DNA of 64,000 nt. It comes from Candidatus Woesebacteria bacterium RIFCSPHIGHO2_01_FULL_39_32. GTDB taxonomy: Bacteria; Patescibacteriota; Microgenomatia; UBA8517. The translations under genes were made by a program, and so were the position numbers. Of the stretch, positions 9,664 through 19,750 are shown piece by piece (within the stretch, counting starts at the first letter, position 1; each line of letters starts with the position of its first letter). The DNA lies in the NCBI GenBank assembly GCA_001792345.1, contig MGGJ01000004.1, forward strand, positions 74,090 to 138,089, in the 5' to 3' direction. A model generated the notes under the pieces. The model was not told where the DNA came from. It searched no databases and was given only the letters and a program-made list of their open reading frames with translations.

Positions 9664-10893
9664 ATGACTAAATCGACATTAAAAACAATTATTTTTATTA
9701 GTTTAATCTTATTTCTGTCGGTCTTTCCCCGTGTTTGGAATTTATCTGAAAAACCCCCCATTATTGTCGACGAACACGCAAATATCAGGATGTTAAAAGA
9801 AGTAATCGAGAAGGGCGAATTTGACATAACCAAATTTCACTGGGATTTCAGCAAGACGATTCTGTCTTATTACCCTACAATTTTTTTATTTCAAATTTTG
9901 GGACCCAGAAATCACTTACTGGCTTTAAGGCTTACTTCTGTAATCTTCAGCCTCCTAGCTTTGCTTCCCTTTTACCTCATTGTTAAAAAATTAACAGACG
10001 ATAAAATTGCTTTTATTACAACGCTTCTTTTTTCGTATAGCTACTTTTTCCTACAGTTTTCCCGTGTTGGTTGGGTGGATATTACTTCTGTGATAACTGT
10101 GGGGCTTTACCTTTTTCTTTTCCTAAACTTAGGTTTAAGATCTCTAACTAAAAGGTCAAATTTTTGGATCGCCACATCCGGAATAATTTCCGGATTAATA
10201 TTTTATGCATACCGATCAGGAATTATTTACATTACTTTATCACTTTTCTATTTAGCAACTTCGCTTTACTTAAAGAAAGTGGAGTTTAAAAGGGCACTAA
10301 AATACCTATTAATTTTTATTTCCACTTTCATTATCACCATTACCCCTTGGGTAATTAAAACCTCTCAAAATTTAGATAAATATAACCTGCGAGCTCGTGT
10401 TGTAGATATAAGAAATGTAAACATACCCTACCATGGACTAACTGATAAAAAGGACATATATAAGTATCAAATAACCACATCGGTTAAGTCTTGGTTACTT
10501 CTTGAAAGCATAGATGGAGGAGGATCGGAAAATCCCCGCTACCTTCCACTGAAAGTTCCGCCCCTAAATATCCTTGTGAGGGTGTCATTTTGGATTGGGA
10601 GCTTGATAATAATCTTAAATAAAAAACACTTTCAGAAAATGTATGTCTGGCTCCTTATAATTTTAGTGACTATATTATTAGGACAGGTTCTAACTGTTGA
10701 TCCTCCAAACGGCGCTCGCGCACTAATTGCTTTGCCTTCTTACTACATTATTTCTTCGATAACATTCTCGCAAGTCTATGTAAAAAGTCATAAAAATAAA
10801 TTTGTACTTGCAGCACTTATCTTTTTAGCCTTTTTCTTTTCTTTATACGACTTATATACTTATCAACTGTGGATGGAATGGATAAGGGTATAG
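9664..10893 (+). CDS. GT-C (PMT/ArnT-like) glycosyltransferase
   Basis: DE motif after TM1, LRLTS, FSR motif, multi-TM. Confidence 0.65.
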   Translation: MTKSTLKTIIFISLILFLSVFPRVWNLSEKPPIIVDEHANIRMLKEVIEKGEFDITKFHWDFSKTILSYYPTIFLFQILGPRNHLLALRLTSVIFSLLALLPFYLIVKKLTDDKIAFITTLLFSYSYFFLQFSRVGWVDITSVITVGLYLFLFLNLGLRSLTKRSNFWIATSGIISGLIFYAYRSGIIYITLSLFYLATSLYLKKVEFKRALKYLLIFISTFIITITPWVIKTSQNLDKYNLRARVVDIRNVNIPYHGLTDKKDIYKYQITTSVKSWLLLESIDGGGSENPRYLPLKVPPLNILVRVSFWIGSLIIILNKKHFQKMYVWLLIILVTILLGQVLTVDPPNGARALIALPSYYIISSITFSQVYVKSHKNKFVLAALIFLAFFFSLYDLYTYQLWMEWIRV

Positions 10894-10903
10894 TTTATTT
10901 TCA

Positions 10904-12922
10904 ATGCAACAGGATATTTTATACATAATTAACTGGTGGTTAACTATTTTCTTTGTGGGGTTAATCAACGTTCCGTTAACCTGGTTGATTTTCAAAAAAT
11001 TCATTGACCGGGGATATGGCTTTTCAAAAACATTAGGAGTTCTTTTTAGTAGTTTTATCGTCTTTTTACTATCCATATTCCATCTGTTTCCCTTTAGCAC
11101 TTTTATTATTTACTTCAGTCTTTTCCTGCTTCTTTGCTTCAATATCTACGTAATTTCTACTCATAGAGAAAGGTTTTTTAGAGATCTTTTGAAAAGTTGG
11201 CGGGTTATCATCTTCCAAGAAATTCTTTTTATGGGCGGATTAATTTTGTGGTCGTTAGTGCGGGGATATCAGCCTGGCATAAACGGCTTAGAGAAATTTA
11301 TGGATTTCGGCTTCATTAACTCTCTTTTACGCTCCGAGTACCTTCCTCCTACCGACATGTGGTTTGCCGGGGAATCCATAAATTATTACTGGTACGGCCA
11401 CTTTGTAACTGCATTTCTTACAAAGCTTTCCCAAATCCCATCCGGAATTACCTACAACCTCATGCTTGCAACAATACTGGGCTTAGGTTTAACTTCAGCC
11501 TTTTCTATCTCTTCCTCTTTAGTGCAAAGTCTGAGATTAAACTTAAATAAAAAGGTTGTATTAATGGCAGGTATCATTTCTGCAATACTTCTCATCTTTG
11601 CCGGAAACTTTCATACCCCTTACTTTGCTTTAAAAAATGGCAAAGATACCTATTGGTATCCTGATGCCACAAGATTTATTGGCTATAACCCCGACACAAA
11701 TGATAAGACTATCCATGAATTTCCCATGTATTCTTTTGTCGTATCCGACCTACACGCACATCTAATTAATTTTCCTTTCGTACTTTTATATATTGCGCTT
11801 CTTTTTCGAACATTATCGAAGAAGAAGAGACTTATAGCAGACTATGTATTAACAGGATTTGTATTGGGAGTAATGTTCATGACGAATGCCTGGGATTTTG
11901 CAAATTACTCTTTGGTTACTGGAATTGCAACTCTCCTTTTTGCTTTAAAACGAAGGGGGTTAAAATTAATCTCATTTTTTGAATCGGGAGTCTCAACGAT
12001 ATCCATTGTATTTATTGGTTTGGTAACGACTGTACCGTTTCTATTAAACTTTGATTCCATCGCGCAAGGAGTCAGTACTGTAAACGCCCACTCATCAGTC
12101 TGGCAACTAGCAATCCTCTGGGGATTTCCGGCAGTTCTCACAATAATTTTCGGATACGGGATATACCGAATTTGGCCGAAAATGAAACGGGCAGATATTT
12201 TTGTTTTAGCTCTCCTTGTTTCTTCATTGTTCTTAATAATTTTGCCGGAAGTTATTTACGTAAAAGACATTTATATCGGAAGTCACCACAGAGCAAATAC
12301 TATGTTTAAACTTACTTACCAGGCATTTGTAATGAGCTACCTATCTTCGGGGTATATTGTCGTTAGGAGTCTATCAATTATTAAGCGGGTATATTTTAAA
12401 CTTTTACTTGGAGGTTTTTTCGCAATAGTTTTCGCCTCTATTCTTTGGTACCCATCTTTCGCAATTAAATCCTATTACGGGAATTTGAAAGAATATAAAG
12501 GGCTATCAGGAGAAACTTGGTTTAGTGATTCTTATCCGGAACTTTACTCTCTCACTCTTTGGATCCGGGAAAATATTAATGGACAACCCGTAATCTTGGA
12601 GGCACCAGGCGATTCCTATACCGAATATAATGTAGTTTCTTCCTATACCGGATTGCCTACGGTTTCAGGATGGTTTGTCCACGAGTGGTTATGGCGTGGA
12701 ACCGCAGATATTCCACAAGCAAGAGTTTCCGAAATTACAGAGATTTATACTAGTGAGGATAGCAACTACACCCAATCGCTTTTAAACAAATATAGAGTGG
12801 AATATGTAATTATCGGAGATTTTGAAAGGGAAAAGTTCCCAAATCTTTACGAACAAAAGTTTAACCAACTAGGAAAGGTTGTTTATTCAAGCGGAAATAC
12901 ACGGTTGTACAGGCTAAATTAA
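10904..12922 (+). CDS. DUF2298/YYY-type membrane glycosyltransferase-like protein
   Basis: EKFMD, DMWFAG.SINYYWYG, IHEFP.YSF..SDLHAH, NTMFK motifs. Confidence 0.8.
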   Translation: MQQDILYIINWWLTIFFVGLINVPLTWLIFKKFIDRGYGFSKTLGVLFSSFIVFLLSIFHLFPFSTFIIYFSLFLLLCFNIYVISTHRERFFRDLLKSWRVIIFQEILFMGGLILWSLVRGYQPGINGLEKFMDFGFINSLLRSEYLPPTDMWFAGESINYYWYGHFVTAFLTKLSQIPSGITYNLMLATILGLGLTSAFSISSSLVQSLRLNLNKKVVLMAGIISAILLIFAGNFHTPYFALKNGKDTYWYPDATRFIGYNPDTNDKTIHEFPMYSFVVSDLHAHLINFPFVLLYIALLFRTLSKKKRLIADYVLTGFVLGVMFMTNAWDFANYSLVTGIATLLFALKRRGLKLISFFESGVSTISIVFIGLVTTVPFLLNFDSIAQGVSTVNAHSSVWQLAILWGFPAVLTIIFGYGIYRIWPKMKRADIFVLALLVSSLFLIILPEVIYVKDIYIGSHHRANTMFKLTYQAFVMSYLSSGYIVVRSLSIIKRVYFKLLLGGFFAIVFASILWYPSFAIKSYYGNLKEYKGLSGETWFSDSYPELYSLTLWIRENINGQPVILEAPGDSYTEYNVVSSYTGLPTVSGWFVHEWLWRGTADIPQARVSEITEIYTSEDSNYTQSLLNKYRVEYVIIGDFEREKFPNLYEQKFNQLGKVVYSSGNTRLYRLN

Positions 12923-14035
12923 AATGTTTTTGACCCATTCGTGAATTTCACTCCAATCTTCATTTTTGGGAATAAAAACATATAAGTTGTCGTATATGGG
13001 TGAATAGACAGGTCGCTCCAAGAAGTCTTCCGGTAAAACATAAGACTGTATGGAGTCACGGGCCGAAAGCGAACGGCGCGCCAATATTGCACCAGCGCCC
13101 GAACCTATATCAGTTTCTATAGCATCCTCAACAGCTTTCTTTAATTCTAACAATTTTCGGGGAGAAAAAATAATCTCGCGACTAAGTGCCTTATTTTTAA
13201 TTGCCGAAAGAATTCTTTGTTGTCTTTCTGCTCGAGCAAAGTCCGTCCCTTCATCTCCCTCAGCATTGCGGGATCGAACAAACTTTAAAGCAGTTTCCCC
13301 GTCCATGTGCTGAGTTCCTTTCTCAAACGCGATAGTTTCATAACGACATTTATACCCTGGGTCACCGTCACATAAATCATTTTCCCGGCCGGCAATGGGA
13401 TATTTCTCATCTACAAAACTCCTCTCGACTTCGACCTCTATTCCACTCAAAACATCAATAATCTTTTTAAATCCTGAAAAATCAACCAGAAGTGCATAAT
13501 GTACTGGTTGACCCACTATCTCTTCAACACTAGCTTTAGCTAAAACAATACCGCCATCGCTCTGTTTTTTGTTCCCCCAATAATAAACACTATTTAACTT
13601 TGTACGAAGGTCCGTTATCCAAATATCCCGCGGAAGGGAGATTAGATCAATAGAGGGTTTTTTGTGGTTTATCGAAGCAAATATAATAGTGTCTGTTAAG
13701 TCAGGTGCTTCATGACCTTCTCCTCCCTTACCTAAAATTAGTATATTGGTTCGTCCCTCCTGCGAAGTAATTTTTCCCTCAGGGGTAAATATGAAATCTC
13801 TTGTCAAGGCAAAATAGTAACCAACATTAGTTCTGCCTATATATCTCGCCGAAGAGAGAATAACCAAATATAATATTAAAATTACTCCCGCTAAAAAAAA
13901 CGATCTCAAAACCCAAGTATGTTTGAGAACTCTACGTTTCAGTCGATTAAAAAACAGTTTTTTCTTGTCCAATTTCATTTGTGAGATATCGGCCTCGAGC
14001 TTAATTGGATTTAAAGGTTTGCCTTCTTTTTGCAT
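12914..14035 (-). CDS. LCP (LytR-CpsA-Psr) family phosphotransferase
   Basis: NILILG, TDTII, SLPRD, ALKFVRSR, DFARAERQQ. Confidence 0.92.
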   Translation of the reverse strand: MQKEGKPLNPIKLEADISQMKLDKKKLFFNRLKRRVLKHTWVLRSFFLAGVILILYLVILSSARYIGRTNVGYYFALTRDFIFTPEGKITSQEGRTNILILGKGGEGHEAPDLTDTIIFASINHKKPSIDLISLPRDIWITDLRTKLNSVYYWGNKKQSDGGIVLAKASVEEIVGQPVHYALLVDFSGFKKIIDVLSGIEVEVERSFVDEKYPIAGRENDLCDGDPGYKCRYETIAFEKGTQHMDGETALKFVRSRNAEGDEGTDFARAERQQRILSAIKNKALSREIIFSPRKLLELKKAVEDAIETDIGSGAGAILARRSLSARDSIQSYVLPEDFLERPVYSPIYDNLYVFIPKNEDWSEIHEWVKNILI

Positions 14036-14131
14036 GGTAGAATGATATACCGCTTGAGTTTAAAATCAAGTGTGCCCGAAGAAAAATTCTCTAAGAAGCG
14101 GGCAAGCTAAAACTTAATATATATTGTATAA

Positions 14132-16030
14132 ATGAAAAACTCAAACGAACTTCTCTTGGGACTTAATCCGCATCAGAAAGAAGCAGTAACATACGAAGGT
14201 GGATCACTTCTGGTTCTGGCGGGAGCAGGAAGCGGAAAAACCCGAGTTCTGACACATAGAGTTGCATGGTTCATTGGACACAAAAAAGCTTACCCCGAAA
14301 ATGTGCTCTTGCTTACTTTTACTAATAAGGCGGCGGGAGAAATGAAAGAAAGGGTACTTAGATTAACAAAGCAAGCCCCAGCATTTGCTGGTACTTTTCA
14401 CTCATTTTGTGTAAGGGTTTTGAGGAAAAGCGGACAAGCAATTGATATTGCTCCGAACTTTCTGATTTATGATGATGACGATTCGAAAGAGGCAATTAAA
14501 GAAATTCTAAGCGAGCTAAACCTCTCAACAGATAAATATAATCCCAATGCGATTGCCTCACAAATTTCAGAAGCAAAAAATCAGATGCTCACTCCTACTT
14601 TATATTCAGAATTTGTTAATGGAGAATGGCAGGAAAAAATTTTTAAAATTTGGACCGAATACGAAAAGTTGATGAAAAAGACTGGTGCGCTTGATTTTGA
14701 CGATTTACTCCTGAAAACCGTTCAACTTTTTGATCAAAGTCCCCAAACCCTAGATCGCTGGCAAAACATGTTGACTTACATTTTCGTTGACGAATGGCAG
14801 GATACGAATAAGGTCCAATATAAAATGACTAAACAACTTGTGGGTAATAGCGAAAACCTGACTGCAGTTGGCGACGCTGCACAGTCTATATATTCATGGC
14901 GTGGAGCAGATTATCGAAACATAAACTATTTGATGAAGGACTTTCCTAAGATTAAGGTGGTTAATCTCGAACAAAATTACCGCTCTACTCAAGTGATTCT
15001 TGATGCAGCAAACTCAGTAATAAAAAGAAACACAAGTCATCCGATTTTAAATCTTTGGACGAATAAAAATGGTGGTAAAAAAATAAAAATTTATAGAGCG
15101 AGAAGTGAACTGGAAGAAGCTTCTTTTATAATTAACGAAGTTGATAAACTAATAACTGAAGGGTTTGAGTTTAGAGACGTCGCGGTTTTATATCGAACAA
15201 ACGCCCAGTCTCGTGTTTTGGAAGAAGCTTTTTTACACGCAGGAATTCCATACACATTAGTTGGTGGAGTAAGGTTTTATTCCCGTAAAGAAATAAAGGA
15301 TGTTCTTTCTTACTTAAGACTTTCGGTTAATTCAAAAGATATCGTATCCAGAAAAAGAATTGAAAAGCTGGGTAAAAGGCAATACGAAAAGTTCAAAGAG
15401 TTTTCAAAAGAATTAAATCCTAATTTAGAAAACATAACCACTCTAGATTTAATGGACACAGTGTTACAAAAGGTAGATTATTTATCAAAGTATCAACGGG
15501 AAACGGAAGAAAATATAGTAAGACTCGAAAACATAAAAGAACTCCGTTCTGTCGCAACAGAATTTCCTAATATTAATGACTTCTTGGAAAACGTCGCCTT
15601 GATTGAGGCCGAACAGGATGAGTCAGGAAAAATCCAAGCTACCAGCTACAAGCTACCAGCTACTAATAACAAAGTTACGCTCATGACTCTGCATGCCGCC
15701 AAGGGTCTTGAATTTCCAATCATTTTTATCGTCGGCATGGAAGAAGGACTTTTCCCCCACTCAAGAAGTCTATTTGACATGAAAGAATTAGAAGAAGAAA
15801 GAAGGCTCGCTTATGTCGGCATAACAAGAGCAAAAGATATTCTATATTTAACTTATGCCAACCGCCGCCTATTCTTCGGCCAACGGACTAGTAACCCACC
15901 GTCACGGTTCATTATCGACATTCCGGAAGATTTATTGGAAGGAGTAGAAAATAGTTATTTAGATATTGAGGTTAAAGAAAAGTTTGACTCTAACTTTGAC
16001 GACGACATCGACGACACTATCAACTTCTAA
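14132..16030 (+). CDS. pcrA: ATP-dependent DNA helicase PcrA/UvrD
   Basis: AGAGSGKT, DEWQDTN, QNYRS, HAAKGLEF, EERRLAYVGITRA. Confidence 0.93.
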   Translation: MKNSNELLLGLNPHQKEAVTYEGGSLLVLAGAGSGKTRVLTHRVAWFIGHKKAYPENVLLLTFTNKAAGEMKERVLRLTKQAPAFAGTFHSFCVRVLRKSGQAIDIAPNFLIYDDDDSKEAIKEILSELNLSTDKYNPNAIASQISEAKNQMLTPTLYSEFVNGEWQEKIFKIWTEYEKLMKKTGALDFDDLLLKTVQLFDQSPQTLDRWQNMLTYIFVDEWQDTNKVQYKMTKQLVGNSENLTAVGDAAQSIYSWRGADYRNINYLMKDFPKIKVVNLEQNYRSTQVILDAANSVIKRNTSHPILNLWTNKNGGKKIKIYRARSELEEASFIINEVDKLITEGFEFRDVAVLYRTNAQSRVLEEAFLHAGIPYTLVGGVRFYSRKEIKDVLSYLRLSVNSKDIVSRKRIEKLGKRQYEKFKEFSKELNPNLENITTLDLMDTVLQKVDYLSKYQRETEENIVRLENIKELRSVATEFPNINDFLENVALIEAEQDESGKIQATSYKLPATNNKVTLMTLHAAKGLEFPIIFIVGMEEGLFPHSRSLFDMKELEEERRLAYVGITRAKDILYLTYANRRLFFGQRTSNPPSRFIIDIPEDLLEGVENSYLDIEVKEKFDSNFDDDIDDTINF

Positions 16031-17139
16031 TGGAAATAAAAGAGGTTACGGAAAAAGATAAAGCGGCTTTTAATAAAGTTGCTATTCATCCCTTGCAATC
16101 TTGGGAGTGGGGGGAATTTAGGGAAAGAGCGGGAAATAAAGTTGTAAGGCTTGCAAGGTTCCGAACCTTGCAAAACAAAAGACAAGAATTAACCGATTCC
16201 ATTCAAGTCGTATTTAGTAGAATACCCAAAACAAATTACAAAATTGGGACAGTAATTAAAGGGCCAAAACCAACAAAAGAAATTCTTGATGCACTTAAGG
16301 ATTTGGCAAAAGAGGAAAACGCGATTTTCATAAAACTCGAACCCAACATTCCAGTTTCTATTAACCATCAACCGTTATCCATTAACCATCATTCTATATC
16401 CTCAACGCATGATCTGCAAGTCAATAAATTAATTAACCTTCTAAAATCAAGCGGCTCCGTTAAAGGAAAAACTTTATTCACCCCCACAACATTTTGGATT
16501 GACTTAACCCCGTCGGAAGAGGAACTTATGAAAAGTTTTAATTCAAAAACTCGCTACAATATTCGCCTAGCCCAAAAACACGGGGTTGAAGTATTCGAAG
16601 ACAATTCGGATAAAGCATTTGAAAGATATATTGAATTAACTCGAGAAACGGTTGAAAGACAAGGCTTTTATTCCCACACCGAAAAATACCACATGCTGAT
16701 GTGGGAATATCTTCATAAAATCCCACGACAAAGTCGGGTCAAGTTTTCAAAATCCCAAATCCCAATAGCAAGATTATTAACGGCAAAATATAAAAAAGAA
16801 ATTATTACAACATGGATCGTTTTCGTCTGGCACAATTTTCTTTATTATCCCTACGGTGCCTCATCTGACAAATATAAAAACGTCATGGCGAATAATTTAA
16901 TGATGTGGGAAGCGATTCGATACGGTAAATCACTCGGTCTAAAAACTTTTGATCTTTGGGGAAGGGAAGAAGGGAAAGGATTTACAAAGTTTAAAGAGGG
17001 TTATAATCCGCAAGTTGTCGAATTTCTCGGTACCTGGGATCTGGTGACATCTCCCCTTTACAGTCCATACAGATCTGCTGAATTCCTCCGCTGGCAAACC
17101 CTGAGGACCAAAAGCAAATTTATAAAACCAAAGTTTTAA
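16030..17139 (+). CDS. FemABX-family peptidoglycan peptidyltransferase
   Basis: HPLQSWEWGEF, KTRYNIRLA, YPYGAS, GFTKFKEG. Confidence 0.88.
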   Translation: MEIKEVTEKDKAAFNKVAIHPLQSWEWGEFRERAGNKVVRLARFRTLQNKRQELTDSIQVVFSRIPKTNYKIGTVIKGPKPTKEILDALKDLAKEENAIFIKLEPNIPVSINHQPLSINHHSISSTHDLQVNKLINLLKSSGSVKGKTLFTPTTFWIDLTPSEEELMKSFNSKTRYNIRLAQKHGVEVFEDNSDKAFERYIELTRETVERQGFYSHTEKYHMLMWEYLHKIPRQSRVKFSKSQIPIARLLTAKYKKEIITTWIVFVWHNFLYYPYGASSDKYKNVMANNLMMWEAIRYGKSLGLKTFDLWGREEGKGFTKFKEGYNPQVVEFLGTWDLVTSPLYSPYRSAEFLRWQTLRTKSKFIKPKF

Positions 17140-17981
17140 TGACTGATCTTCGCCAAACTCCTGAGTACGCAAAATATATGTCTGTTATCGGTTGGATAGT
17201 CGATAGAAAAAATGGAGTTAATTATTTTATTAGAAAATTCCCAATAATAGGTTCATTCGTCAAAATCCAGAGACCTGAAAAAATTGACTTTGGTCAGATA
17301 AACAAAATCGCAAAAAAATACCGTGCGTTCCAAATCATTATTGAACCTGTTTTAGGTTCCGGTATCGGGTCCGAGGTTCCCAAGTCAATTATAAGGCAAA
17401 GTTTCAAACAAAGTAAATCTCCCTTCGTACCAGCTAAGACAATTCACATCGATCTGACCAAATCAGAAAGTCAGCTTCTCGAGAAAATGCATTATAAAAC
17501 TCGCTACAACATCAAAATCGCTAGCAAAAAGGGAGTAAAAATAAAACTTTCAAAGGATATTCAAAACTTCGCTAATTTTTGGCAAGAGTGTGCAAAAAAA
17601 CAAAGAGGAATGTTTATATCGCAAAAAAGAGAAATTATTGAGCTTTACAAAGCATTTGGTAAAAAAGCGCATCTTATTCTGTGTTATCTTGGTGAAGAAT
17701 TGGTCTCGGGAATTTTATTAATTAGAACAAAAGATATTGCCTACTATATGTATGCTGCATCATCGGACTTAGGTAAGAAATTTTTCGCACCGACACTAAA
17801 TGCATGGGTGTCAATACGACTTGCCAAAAAACTTAGGTGTAAGATTTTTGACTTTGAAGGAGCATACGACGAGCGTTTCCCGTTAAAATCCTGGAAAGGC
17901 TTTACCCGTTTCAAAAAATCTTTCGGCGGCAAAGAGGTCGAATATCCAGGAGCATTTGTTAGGTATAGAATTCCGATCTAA
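17139..17981 (+). CDS. Second FemABX-family protein
   Basis: LRQTPEY, KTRYNIK, YMYAAS, GFTRFKKSFGG. Confidence 0.85.
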   Translation: MTDLRQTPEYAKYMSVIGWIVDRKNGVNYFIRKFPIIGSFVKIQRPEKIDFGQINKIAKKYRAFQIIIEPVLGSGIGSEVPKSIIRQSFKQSKSPFVPAKTIHIDLTKSESQLLEKMHYKTRYNIKIASKKGVKIKLSKDIQNFANFWQECAKKQRGMFISQKREIIELYKAFGKKAHLILCYLGEELVSGILLIRTKDIAYYMYAASSDLGKKFFAPTLNAWVSIRLAKKLRCKIFDFEGAYDERFPLKSWKGFTRFKKSFGGKEVEYPGAFVRYRIPI

Positions 17982-18004
17982 AATAAATTAAAGGTTCTAT
18001 TTGT

Positions 18005-18439
18005 ATGACTAGTATTAATAAATATTCAAGATTAATTGAACCTTCAATAATAGCGATTGTTCTTTTGTTGAGTTGGTATAAATTCAGTTTTTATCCAAAA
18101 CCTTGGCAAGGAGGAAGGGATACATTTATTTTTGATGTATTAACAAAGTATTATCCTGCTTTTTTATTTCTCGTACTTACCTTCGGATTAAATTTCCTAA
18201 GAAATAATAACTTGGCGTTAAAGAATAAAAAAATACAATTTATAGTAGGTTTTATGCTTTTAGTTTTAATTCCGTCAATTCTTGTAATTAATTACGAAGG
18301 TAAGTTTGGAAACGAAAGTTGTCTCGATATCTGCATCAATTTTTCACCCCCTATTGAGGTATTAATAGTCTCCATATTCAACCTCATTCCATTCTCAATA
18401 TTTTTCTTTATTGTTAACTTCTGGCTAAAGAAGAAATAA
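18005..18439 (+). CDS. Hypothetical membrane protein
   Basis: Four hydrophobic segments, CxxxC loop. Confidence 0.6.
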   Translation: MTSINKYSRLIEPSIIAIVLLLSWYKFSFYPKPWQGGRDTFIFDVLTKYYPAFLFLVLTFGLNFLRNNNLALKNKKIQFIVGFMLLVLIPSILVINYEGKFGNESCLDICINFSPPIEVLIVSIFNLIPFSIFFFIVNFWLKKK

Positions 18440-18441
18440 AA

Positions 18442-18780
18442 ATGTGGAAAGCAATTTCACTTAAACAACCTTGGGCGGATTTGGTCTGCGAGGGGAAAAA
18501 GACTGTTGAGACAAGAAAGTGGAAAACTAATTATCGAGGTAACCTCATAATTTGTTCTTCGAAAAAACCAAATATTTATCCTAATGGATACGCCCTTTGT
18601 ATGGTCGAACTTTATGATATTAAGCCAATGAAAATGATAGATGAGAAAGATGCTTGTATTAAACTTTATCCTGGTGCATACAGTTGGTTTTTGAGAAACC
18701 TTCGTAAAATAGATCCACCCATTCCAATCAAAGAAAGTCTTGGAATTTTCGAATTGGAAATTCCCATTTTATTAGGATAA
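18442..18780 (+). CDS. ASCH-domain protein
   Basis: AISLKQPWA...GKKTVETR.W.T.YRG motif. Confidence 0.88.
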   Translation: MWKAISLKQPWADLVCEGKKTVETRKWKTNYRGNLIICSSKKPNIYPNGYALCMVELYDIKPMKMIDEKDACIKLYPGAYSWFLRNLRKIDPPIPIKESLGIFELEIPILLG

Positions 18781-18792
18781 TATTTATACACG

Positions 18793-19290
18793 ATGAAAAA
18801 TTTTGTAATTCTTTTGATTGTATTACTCATAGGAGTTACTGTTGTCGGAGGTTTTTATTTTCTCGGAAAAGGAACAAAAAAGGGCTCCGTTGTCCCCCTA
18901 AACGAAGTAACTCCTACACCAAATATTCAAAAGGGAACAATTGAAGGATCTCTAAGTTTTCCAAGCGAACAAATTCCTGCTGACATGTTAGTCTGTGCTG
19001 AAACATTAGAAGAATCTTTGGTAGCATGCACGGAAAAACATATTAAGGATTCAAAATACACATATAGAGAGGGATTTCAACTTGAGGTTCCGATAGGTGA
19101 GTATTACGTATACGCGATGGTCCCAAACTTCGGAAATGGTTACAAAGCTTATTACAGCGAGTTTGTAACCTGTGGACTCTCCGTAGACTGCGCTTCACAC
19201 GAGCCGATTATTGTCGAAGTTAAATCTGGGCAAACAACAGATGGGGTAAACCCACAAGATTGGTACAACCAACCTACCCCAACCCCTTAA
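18793..19290 (+). CDS. Secreted or membrane-anchored hypothetical protein
   Basis: N-terminal TM, four Cys, ends PQDWY. Confidence 0.65.
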   Translation: MKNFVILLIVLLIGVTVVGGFYFLGKGTKKGSVVPLNEVTPTPNIQKGTIEGSLSFPSEQIPADMLVCAETLEESLVACTEKHIKDSKYTYREGFQLEVPIGEYYVYAMVPNFGNGYKAYYSEFVTCGLSVDCASHEPIIVEVKSGQTTDGVNPQDWYNQPTPTP

Positions 19291-19750
19291 TTAACCTTTT
19301 AATCCTTTCCCTGTTTTCTTCAATCAATTCCTTCTGTTCAGGCCAAAACATGGGAGGTAAGTTGTCGATATCAAACCATTTAAGAATATAGTTTTCATCT
19401 TCTTGTAAATTTTGAGTACCATCTGCTTGTTCTGTAAGAAACAGAAAATAATGAGTTGTTCTCCACTCGTTCTTCTCAAAAGTTAACCTTTCTTTAGCTC
19501 CTAGTTCTGCAACTAAAGTAAGGTCATTAAGTCCAGTCTCTTCGGCTATTTCTCTTTTTGCAGCATCTTCGAAACCTTCTCCCTTTTCCAGTCTCCCTTT
19601 GGGAAGCAGATAATCATCAAATTTAGGATCTCTTATTAAAGCGATTAGTAATTTATTTCCTTCTATGCGAATAATAACTCCTCCTGCGGAAATGTCAGAA
19701 GGAAAACTTTTATCTTTCGGCTTTATATACCAACTTTTATCAATTTTCAT
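19274..19750 (-). CDS. NUDIX hydrolase
   Basis: Nudix box G...E......AKREIAEETG. Confidence 0.9.
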   Translation of the reverse strand: MKIDKSWYIKPKDKSFPSDISAGGVIIRIEGNKLLIALIRDPKFDDYLLPKGRLEKGEGFEDAAKREIAEETGLNDLTLVAELGAKERLTFEKNEWRTTHYFLFLTEQADGTQNLQEDENYILKWFDIDNLPPMFWPEQKELIEENRERIKRLIKGLG

